In this document: piece by piece, positions 53,448 to 64,000 of the stretch
How the letters are laid out: every line of letters begins with the position of its first letter
How positions within the stretch are numbered: the first letter of the stretch is position 1
Source of the DNA: Octopus vulgaris
Taxonomy: Eukaryota
NCBI GenBank assembly: GCA_951406725.2
Contig: OX597828.1
Location: 27,342,001 to 27,406,000 of the forward strand
Direction of reading: 5' to 3'
DNA: 64,000 nucleotides
Notes under the pieces: generated by a model
The model's database searches: none
Told to the model about the DNA's origin: nothing
The model's input: the letters and a program-made list of their open reading frames with translations, nothing else
Made by a program: the position numbers and the translations under genes

Positions 53448-54239
53448 TTAAAAATATAGAGGAAATAATGTTTGCTAAATGCATTCAGCTAGAGAGTGTG
53501 CTACTTGAGCCAGCCCTTCAGTGTGCTCCACCCCTCTTTCGCAATACAGCCTATACAACAGACCCAAAATGTGCAGCCCCAATAAAAGTACCACCTAGGG
53601 TAGACTGCCCCACTAGTCCCTCATTAGCTATGCTGCTGTCATTTGAGAGAAGATTAGCATCACTCTATTGCGGGGATGTTTTTGATGTTGCTAGTCATGG
53701 AGTCAGAGCAATTTTGCATGAAGTGTCTTTGTAGGTTATAAATTGAGAAGATTGGCATTGCTCATTGGCAGATATTTGTGAGGTCCCTGTTCATGTAATC
53801 AGTGTGATTGTTTAGGATGTATGAGAATTATGCTTGGGTGCAGTTATTTAGCAAGGAATGAAGGGTGATGTAAGCTGTGTAAGAGTTGAGTTGTTGGAGG
53901 TAATGGTGGGTTGGTTGTTGATATACAGGGTGGGAGTGAGTAAGGAGAGAGTCAAAAACTGAATGCTGCTGTACACCAGGGTTGATAGTGTGAAAGAGAC
54001 CATTATTAACATGCATAGTGATAATGTGGTCTGATAGGAAGTCACCACTCCAACAGATGAGAGATGGGGCTCATAGGTTAGAAGTTTTGACAAAAAGATT
54101 AGTATTCCAGTTAGGGTTCTAAGTCTTGTTGAAACTGAGGGCAACAGCACCATTTTTACTAGGTCTATACTAGAATGAAAGCCCACAGGTAAGTGACATA
54201 AGAGCTAGATAGACCTGGCACTATGAAAGATGTACTAGC

Positions 54240-54610
54240 GGTCACTAACCTTACTTCATCCCTATGAAGCATAGGTCCTGCTTTTTCAGCTTTGCTTCTG
54301 TGTCCTTTCAAATTTTGCCATACCGTATCATATGATTCCTGGAATGAAGGCCTTCCTCTCTTGGATCCTGTTGGATCTGAATTGTCGTCGATGCTCCTGT
54401 ACTTTACTTTTTTGCCTCGGTAGGGATGTTGGCTTTCTGCAAACCCATTTTTTACCTCTGGGAAGTAGTCCGGATTACCCTGGTTCTTATGGTTTCACTT
54501 GTCGAGAATGGGAAATGGAAAGCCCTACCAGGAGCTTGTTCCTCCACTGGCAAAGTTCTCAGGATCACTGAGGCATACAAGCCACCACATCACAACATAG
54601 GCTGGACCTT
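54240..54610 (-). mobile_element. Insert within the CR1-like element, probable RTE 5' UTR
   Basis: ccctaccaggagc...ggatcactgaggcatacaagccaccacatcac resembles RTE 5' regions as I recall them; not verified. Confidence 0.4.
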
Positions 54611-56039
54611 GTAGTAGGTTGATCATTAAGATGGCAGGGAAATTCAGGGTGTGGTCAAAGATGTCTGAGGCTATCTCTTCCATTGATATTGTTGGAGATG
54701 AGTGTGACAGGACGATGGCAGGTATGATCAATGGCTTTATCCTTGGGGATGGGACAGACTGTAGTGTTCCCAAAAGACAGGACATGTAAATAAATAAATG
54801 TTCAATGATATTCATGAAAGAGAGGGGGACAGAGTACGAATTTGCATTGAGAAGTTTTAGACAAACATACACACACACACACACACACACATACACGCAT
54901 GTATTTACCCCTTCTTCAGCAAGACACCTCTTCCTATACCTCTTTCATACTTTCAATTATCTGTCAATATTACACCCCAGTCGAGGGAGGGGGTTTTATC
55001 TCGGGGGGTACTCAGTGACCTTACTTGTGCTGGTGCCACAAAAGATGCACAGAGTACACTTTGTGAAGAAGTTGCTGTTTGGAGGGGCATCCAGCTGTAG
55101 AAACCATGGCAAAGCAGATACTGGAGCTGGCACAGCCCTCTGGCTCTTCAGTTTCTGTAGAACTTTCCACTCCTGAAAGCATGGAAAAAGGGACGTTAAA
55201 TGATGACGACAATGATGATGGTGATGATGAAGATGCACATATATTTAAACACACACACACACACACACACACATACATAATTTACACTTTCTCTTACTGT
55301 CTATGAACATTTTCACACGTCTCCATTCCTCTCTCTCTCTCTCTCCCTCACTCTCATGTGCATACACATGCACACAACCACGCACGCACACACACACACT
55401 TATGCACATACACACATATTTATTTGTTTACTTTTTTTTTTTTTTTTTTTCCCCTCCTCCCAATATATCTTTTAAAAAGATTTGTTCGGCTCTTAGTTTG
55501 GTCACTGTTACTTTTCGTCGGGATGAGCAATTCTTTCATTGAAAATTGTCGTGAACAAATTGATCCACCATACAGACACGTGTTATTTATTCAAGTTAAA
55601 ATTCATTAACAGCTCAATGGCCGTAGCAGAAAAGAAACAACGCCAGAGACAACATTTTCTTCCGACTCTCACAAAAGGAAGATTCTCCACACATTGACGC
55701 ACAACAATCGGCCATGCTAAAGTGAAGCAACTATGTCAATACCTTGCTCCTTTTTACTTTATTTATCTACTTTTTTTTTTATTGTTGTTATTATTCTTAT
55801 TCTATCGAAATGTTTTCAAAGAGCTGTTTACTTTTCGCCAAACAAGGCACAACATTTTGCAACTAACAGTGGTCACAGAAAGTGCAAAGTCAATAAATGA
55901 CAAGATACGTATGTACATGTGTGTCTGTGTATATACACATGTGTATGTATGTATATATATATATATATATATATGCACACACACGAAAATATACACATAA
56001 ACATGTATGTATATATGTATATCTATGTGTGTGTATGTG

Positions 56040-56089
<50 letters not shown>

Positions 56090-56135
56090 TGTGTGAGGGT
56101 GTGTATATATGTGTGTGTGAGGATATGTGTGTGTG

Positions 56136-56175
<40 letters not shown>

Positions 56176-56746
56176 AGTGTGTGGGTGTGTGTAAATGAAA
56201 CTGTGTAATAAACACACACATTTCCATTTCATTCCGAGTGTTTTGTTGGGATTTTTTTTTTTGCATTATTTTATTTTATTTCTTGCAAGTTATTCCATTA
56301 TTATATTACCGTTTACTTCTCTGTCTCTGGCCATTTTTATTTTCATTTCCACTTGTGTCCCTTTTTCTTTCTTCAAATGTTATTTCTATTATTTTTCATC
56401 ATATAAAAAAATATATACTAAAAGAAAATTTCTTGTTATTTCACTGCCATCATTCTTTTGTCCTTTCTCATACATATCTTGCCTTTATCTTCTCTCTTCC
56501 TCCCTCTCTGTCTGTCTGTCTCTCTCTTGCTCTCTTGCATGTGTGTGTGAGTATATCTAAATATATATGTATATATTTATATAGGTATATATTTATATAT
56601 GTATATATATATATATATAGATATCAATGTCTCTGCTATCTCTCCTCTAAATTTATCTTTTAGTATCTTTATCCATCTAACAATCTCTCCCCTCTCTCTC
56701 TCTCTCTCACTAACAATCAGTGTCTTTTATATATCTGTATGTATGG

Positions 56747-56802
<56 letters not shown>

Positions 56803-57445
56803 ATATATATATATATATGTATGTATGTATGTATGTGTGTGTATGTATATATTTGCTCACATACACACACACACACACACACACACTGAAAGATCTTTTG
56901 GTAAATGTATGTTTTTCGAGAGCATCTGGGTTTTACTCAACTTTTCTCTTCTATTTCTGTATTATCTCTATTAATTGAATAATATTACCGAAAATAACAA
57001 CGACACTTTTCTAAGCCGACTTGAGAAAACATATTTGTTGAGAAGATGACGGACTCACGGACAGACAGACCGACATTGACTGAAGGAGAAAACAAATCCA
57101 AACCAAAAAAAAAATAAAAATAAAATTAAAGGAATAACAGAAAACAAAACAAAAGAAAAACCTCATAATTTTGGAAAAGACCAGCTGCAAGTAATGGATG
57201 TATTCAACATTAATAGAACTTCAACAGAAGAACGGTGGAACTAGCAAAGCCTAATGACCAAAACACACGTTTATAATAACAAAAGAATTTCATTCAATTC
57301 TGATTGATTCCAGGGAATTTCAACTTCGACTTGAGTCACCATATTACACTCCAAGTGGTGCTTGTAACACATAACTTTATCAGGCGGAATCATTAACTTT
57401 TTCGACTTGTACGAAACAAGCAGTCGATTGAAATGTTTCAGTTAA

Positions 57446-57479
<34 letters not shown>

Positions 57480-58850
57480 TGTATGTATATGTGTGTGTAT
57501 GTACATACACACATACATACACACAGTCAAGAGAGCAGATGAGTTTAATCGCTCTTGACTCAACTTAACCAAAAATAATCCAAATAAAACACTCTTATAC
57601 TAACCTTTCCGACAAGATTGCCTGAAGATCAAGATTTGTCAATAATCTGTGATGTCAGCCTCTGTGTGTGTGTGTGTGTGTATGTACATACTCACAGGGA
57701 AAAAGCATTTAATACACATGGGAGATAATAATAACAACAATTAAAAGCTGAGATTCTGTTATGTTGACATAAATTAAAATAATTCTCAGGAAAATAGCAA
57801 AAAAGAACAAAAGGGATAAATTATGAGTTCGATCATTATTGCAGCAGCAGCACGGCTGTGGGGTAAGGTGCTTGCTTCACAACCACATGGTTGTGGGTTC
57901 AGTCTCTCTGTGTAACATTTTCGGCAGGCGTTTCCTACTATAGCTCTGGGTATGGATGATTTGATAGATGGAAACTGAAAGAAGCCCGTTCATGTGTGTG
58001 TGTGTATCCTTGTCTTGACAGTCTGTGATTGTTGTAATATGGTTGTCATTGTCCTGCAAGCATTGTCATTCCATTCCAGTATTTTGCTGGACCATGTCTG
58101 GCCATGGCAAGCAGATGTTAAATGATGATGATGATGTTGTCTGGTCATGGGGCGAAATATTACCCTGCTTGGGAACATGTGAAAGTTGATTGTAGAATGA
58201 ATGTCCGGCTGTAGAAAATCTGCCTTGTTAAACTCTGTGTGTCCCCCCACCCTGCAAGCATGGAAAAGAAGGGTTAAAAGGACAATGATGATGTATGATG
58301 ATGGTCATCATCAGCATCATTATCATCATCATTTTACATCCATCCTCTTTCTCTGCAAGCATGAGTTGGATGAGACTTCTCAAAGCTGTGTTCTATGGCC
58401 TGATGCCTTTCCTGATGCTAATTCCTAATTGTTTACATCAAAAGTTCTTTATTCCTTTCTATTTTGCATGTTGAAACCACCAACCTACAAGACATATTGT
58501 TTATTCCATGGCCTTCACTTAGAATCATTGGCTCAGTATTTTCATTTACATGATTAATTTGACTCATAATAAATCATTCTTCTTCCTCCCACCATTTTCC
58601 ATTTCAAGCAGCAAGCTGATATCGACACTTCGTAGATTTTGAGATATTTGATTTAAACAAGCATTTGTGCTGCCCAGACTATGCCAGTGCAAAGACATGG
58701 AGAGAGAGAGAGAGAGAGAGACGGGGGAGGGGCAAATGCGTTGGTCAGTCCAAGACACTTCAAGAGTAGATGCTTCCTCTTGATAAATTAATCACAAAGT
58801 TGAGTTGATTGACTTCAACTCTTGGATGCATGATAGTCCTACCCTCATGC

Positions 58851-58884
58851 AGTCACAGTGCAATGATTTTAACCAGTAAAAAGT

Positions 58885-58936
<52 letters not shown>

Positions 58937-59153
58937 AATGATAGTAATATGAGGGAGTATAATTCCAGACTTACAGGGAAAAATTCAATTTAGTATTAAA
59001 TCAAATTTCAAAATATAAATAAATAATATATATAAATTAGAGAAAAACTGCTATTATGTAATTCAAACAATGATAGACATAAACCAAATCATAAAGCAAA
59101 AAGAAAATATATTATAAAAATATATTATTGACTAATGCCTTTGCTAGACTGAA

Positions 59154-59214
<61 letters not shown>

Positions 59215-59271
59215 CCATATATATGTATATATATGTTATTTTTTACTGGTTAAAATCATTGCAATGCGACT
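58851..59271. repeat. Inverted repeat pair (~40-bp close match, more diverged outward) enclosing (TA)n tracts
   Basis: tgcaatgattttaaccagtaaaaagtaacata vs tatgttattttttactggttaaaatcattgca. Confidence 0.8.
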
Positions 59272-61066
59272 AGGTCTTGGGGTCTCATGACATGCCATAA
59301 AGTTAAACCCTTTATGGATGGGGAAACCCAGGGTAACCCCATAAACTGGCCTTCACCGGGCAGAAGCCTGCACCAGACTTATATACATGTATAAATATAT
59401 CCAGATTCAGGCATGAGCATGTGGTCAATAACTTGTTTTGAAACTACATGGTTTCAGGTTGCTTCATTCCATGGCATCATGGTCATGTGGCCTCTGTTAT
59501 AGGCCTGAAAGACTGAAACTGTGGAAGCCTATTTGTTATGTATGTATGTGTGTATGTCTTTGTGTGTGTGTTTCACCATGACCACCACCACTTGACAACC
59601 AGTTAATTTGTTTACATCCCCCATAACCAAGCAGTTCGATAAAAGAGATTGATAGAATAAGTACTAGACAAGAAATAAGTACTAAAGTCAATTTGTCCAA
59701 CTTAAAAAAAAAAGCAAAAAAAAAAAAAATTTAGAAGACAGTGCTTCAGTATAGTCAAAATCCTATGAATGAAACAAGTAAAAGGTGAAAGATTTTGATG
59801 TATATTCTCTCTCTCTCTCTCTCTCTCCAAGTAGGCAAGCCAAGTATTCGCTTCTTCAGCAAGACTCCTACTCCTGTCCTTTTATCATATCTCTCAATAC
59901 TACACCTCACTCAGTTGAGGTGTCTTGTCTTGCGGGTTCTTGGTGACTTCACCAGACCTGGCACCATGTAAAATGCATCCGATACACTTTGCGAAGTGGT
60001 TGGCATCAGGAAGAGCTTCCAGCTGTAGGAACCATGCCGTGCAGACATTGGAACTTAGCACAGCTGACACTGTTTGACTCGACATGAACAGATGAGCCAA
60101 AGGGCTTGTTTGTTCATTTCAAACCCACCAGTGCCTGTTCATGTCAAACACTTCAACCAATGCCATAATGGACAAAAAGGGGACGTCAAATGATGACGTT
60201 GCTGATTAGAAACCTGTTAGAAAAATGTTGAATGTGACAATGCTATTCACTGCTGAATTGTAAATTTAAGCTTTTCCATGTAAAGTCATATGGCTTAGTG
60301 GTTAGGGTGTTGCACTCACAATCGTCAGGTGATGGGTTCGATTCTCAGATCTGGCAATGTTTTGCTGTCTTGAGTGAAATGCTTCATTTCATGCTGTTCT
60401 TGTGCTGTGTGAGGACTGAGGCATTTCAAAGAATAGGCCCAAAGATTCTTCTGCATGTTGTAAAAGATGACTAAAAGAGGCCAAGTTCAGATTCATCTTC
60501 CAGCCTAATAAAACCCTCACCAGCAATGACTACCCCAAAACAGATCCATTAGTTGAAGGATTGTTGCTGTTGCAGAGCCATCATCTGCCAGAGTAGAAGG
60601 GAATCACCAGCAAATGGTGGATGCAGTAATGTGCTCTTACAAGCACATGCCACCATACTACTACTACTGCTGCTGCATGTGGAACCAAATTGCACATGTA
60701 TTTCACATAATCCTGCTTCCATCACTGCTGCGTGGCCAGGAACTTCACTTTCTAGCTACGAAATATCAGATTCAATCTTCCTGCTTGATACCTGACGTAA
60801 CTATGTTGCTCTGCAAAAGCACTGATACTTCTACTTAAATATCAGGCTGAAAAGAATTCTGGCTTTGATATAATTGGCTAAAACAAACTTTTAAATGTAG
60901 AACGTAGTTAAATAAATTTTTTTGTTAAACAATTAATAAAAATATTTTTAAATATGTAAACTTCAATATTTTACATTGTAGTTTTCATATATCACAATAT
61001 GATATAAAAAATATAAAATATGGAAACCAGTTTCAAATCACCTTTATCATCCTGCATGCAAGTATA

Positions 61067-61100
<34 letters not shown>

Positions 61101-62569
61101 TAAACATGTACCATAAACATTCAAAAATCTTCACTATTTTTCAAAACTCTGCTGCCGACCACATGGAATTTTTGGTCCTCCAAAGACATTTTGGTGGAGA
61201 AATCAAATTACTTTTGTTTTAGTTGTAAATTTTGGTCTGAAGAATTTGACTTGTATGTGTTAGTGCAGGAATGAAATTTGCTTTGGGGATGCAAATCCAT
61301 TTTTTTTAGGAAGATGTTAAAAGTTTATTCATTGCCCCACAAAAATTCAAGGGGGTGCGCTTGTGCTCTCTTTTCCTGAGGGAATATATGGGCAAACTCT
61401 GCAATAAATTTGCTTACTGTTGGATGTATAAGAAATAAATAATTTTTTTCTTTTTTTTTTTCTATCAATTAAACCAGTCCATACACAGGAGGGGAGAAAA
61501 AAAAGGAAAAACAAATCATGCAACATCCAATCAAAAAAAATAAAAGACAACGAGGATGATGGTGGTGATGATGTTGGTGATGATGATTTCTTTTATTTGC
61601 CAGAGGAGCAGCAAATGTGGTGGTGGGGAGGGACTTTACAAGAATAGTTTACAATTTATGTAAAGGGTTCACATAGAAAGATGACAGAAAGAAAAGGAGA
61701 GGAGGGGTAATGGGGATAAGAAGTATGCATAGTATACAAAATATGTGAACACAATGATAATAATAATGATGATGATGATAATAATAATAATAATAATAAT
61801 AATAAGCTACATAGAATTCATTGTGTGATTGAAAGTATGTACTTTTGTATAGCATATTGTATGTAGTTTGTGCTTTCACCAGTTTGTTTTATTGTATGTT
61901 TAAACTTTGTTCTGTTGATGAAACTAGGTGGTAGGTACTCCCTCCCACTTCACAGTTGAGTGCTTAGCAGAAGGGAGTGGCATTCAGCTGTAAAATCTAC
62001 TTGCTCCAAACAAATATTCAATTTTTACAAAAAAAAAAAAAAAATAGAAAAGAATTCATAACCCCTCCATCATCCCATCCATACTAACATGGAAAAATTG
62101 GATTTCAAATGGTTAAAATATATACATATATTTTGTATCTATTTGAATAATTACTTATGAGCTGGTTGAGGATATATTTTCATATGGTTGACTGCTCTTT
62201 TGTTAATGCTAACCATTCAACCATGAAGTGTGGGAGTGGCACATATTTTTCAAGTAATGCAAACTGCTGCAGTTAAAATTGTTTCCAACAGCAGAATATA
62301 AATGTTGTGTCATTGTTGTTTGTGGGGTTTGAACTTGTCACCTTGCCATTAGTAGAGCAACATTATAACACCACAGCCTACATGTATATACACTGATGAA
62401 GCCTTTATAAATATTTCTACTTTCACTTTCTATAACTGTAAATCATATTGATGAATTATTGTTATGGCTTACAGCTGAGAAAGATGTTAATCATAATGAT
62501 GGTAATTATTTCCAACTTTGGCAAAAGGCCAGGAATTTAGATTAAATCAACTCCACCACCATCCACTCA

Positions 62570-62602
<33 letters not shown>

Positions 62603-62748
62603 AGTACAACTTTTTTATTGAGCCCGGGAGGGATGAAAAGCAAAGCTGTTCTCAATGATATTTGAACTCTGAATGTAGTGGGATGTAACTGAATGTAGTC
62701 ATGTGTTTTTCTTATGCTTATATTACCAATTCCCCATCTCATTAATTT

Positions 62749-62788
<40 letters not shown>

Positions 62789-62794
62789 TAATAA

Positions 62795-63047
62795 AAAGTC
62801 GATAGATATGACAGGTTAGCTTGGGAGGTTAAGCAGTTGTGGTTGATGAAAAAGGTGATAGTAGTACAAATAATTATCAGAGCCCTGGGAACAGTAAGTA
62901 AAAATCTTCAGAAGTACACAGAACAAATAGGGGTTGCAATAAGGGTGGATCACTTGCAGAAAACAGCACTGCTTGGAACCAGTCTAATACTGCGTAAGGT
63001 GCTCAAAAAATAAGGGGTGTTACCTTAGTTCACTAATAGTGAACAGC
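62795..63047 (+). mobile_element. 3' end of an R4/Dong-like RLE retrotransposon
   Basis: KVDRYDRLAWEVKQLW...IIIRALGTVSKNLQKY...LQKTALLGTSLILRKVLKK*, then a short UTR with hairpin gttcactaatagtgaac. Confidence 0.85.
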
Positions 63048-63567
63048 TTGGTGGAATTTGAACTCAGATTATAAAGACAGGCAAAATGCCACTAAGTATT
63101 TTTCCAGCAGAGCTAATGATTCTGCCAGCCCTCTGCTTTATTAATAATAATAATCATTTCTGTTATGGCCACAAGGCCTGATTTTTTTTTTTTTTTTCTA
63201 TTTATCAAACCTAAAAAAAGGATTTTAAAAATTCTGTTTCCTCACCACTTTAATAATAATAGACAATAAGAAGAACATGAGGCAATTTGTTATAGATTGT
63301 TTATTTTACAGTTTGAACAATATTTCAATAGATTGTCTGTCTTCTTCAGGTTCAAAATGTAAAATGAAAATAAACACAAAAACACAGAAATTCAAAATAT
63401 AAAATATATATGAGGTAATCTTGCATCCCTTTTTTGACAGAATGACATCATAGATTTTCACTTTCAGGCTTGGTAAAAGAAGAAAGAAAGAAGTATAAAA
63501 ACAAAAAAAAATAGGAAAAAGGATACTTAGTGAAACAGATTTGTGTAAATGTGATGAAATTCACCCG

Positions 63568-64000
63568 TCAAATTTTTTTCATTTCTTGAGAACTTGATGT
63601 CAGTAATTCACAAATATATTTGCCCTCGTGCATTTTGAGGACTGAAAGTGTAGTAGATTGAGAATATTTTTTGAGGATGTGCACGTTCAGGTGTTCCTCA
63701 TAATTGCAGCTGTTTGATATAAAATGTTTGGTGTATTCTGTCAAACTACTGCTATTGTGCTTGATATCATATCTGTGCCCATTGAATCTTTTATTTAAGT
63801 GTTCTGTTCTACAACCAACAAAAATCAAGTCGTGTTTGGTGCATTCTACTACATACACCAATTGGGAATCATTACACATCCCACCTTTTATATAAATCAT
63901 AAAATTTCTGTTATGATTCATGATGAAACTGACTTGACTCATGTTGTTGAACAATGAACTAGGCTTACCTCCCTTGTGGCTGTTTTTCAAAATGCGGTGT
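63568..64000 (-). mobile_element. Penelope-like element GIY-YIG endonuclease remnant, running off the window end
   Basis: C-x-DSQLVYVVEC-x2-HDLIFVG...LNKRFNGHRYDIK...HF...HEGKYI. Confidence 0.8.

Larger units (their letters stand above)
52610..54790 (-). mobile_element. Highly decayed CR1/Jockey-group LINE RT region with nested insertions
   Basis: In order on the minus strand: VCPIPKDK...HRPVTLIS; AVALSFNKT...DFLSDH...INPGVQQHSV; QPLAHRTAVSSLCILY...CSS. Confidence 0.65.

Overview
AT-rich eukaryotic DNA saturated with (TA)n/(CA)n/(AAT)n microsatellites and interspersed repeats. The repeat landscape looks like an octopus (coleoid cephalopod) genome; this is inferred, not proven. Almost all ORFs in the supplied track are microsatellite or antisense artefacts. 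The one long real ORF (36183..39020, -) belongs to a 5'-truncated RTE-clade LINE (partial APE endonuclease, RT, and an extra PHD-type Cys/His finger) with a 159-bp tandem array in its 3' UTR. Other elements: a decayed Tc1 (DD34E) transposon with an adjacent TA-flanked MITE; mariner and hAT deletion derivatives; two piggyBac-like MITEs; CR1-like, R4/Dong-like and Penelope (GIY-YIG) fragments; and at least three tRNA-derived SINE families. No host gene can be named. The repeat-free gaps on the + strand hold a series of acceptor-led mini-ORFs, each readable in intron phase 1 (e.g. xIIEESLV*, xYTSKNRKLNVEI*), a locally duplicated acceptor+exon module and a clean 57-nt AG..GT exon. These may be an array of alternative last exons of a gene starting upstream of the window. 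That is the most interesting hypothesis here, but it needs RNA evidence.
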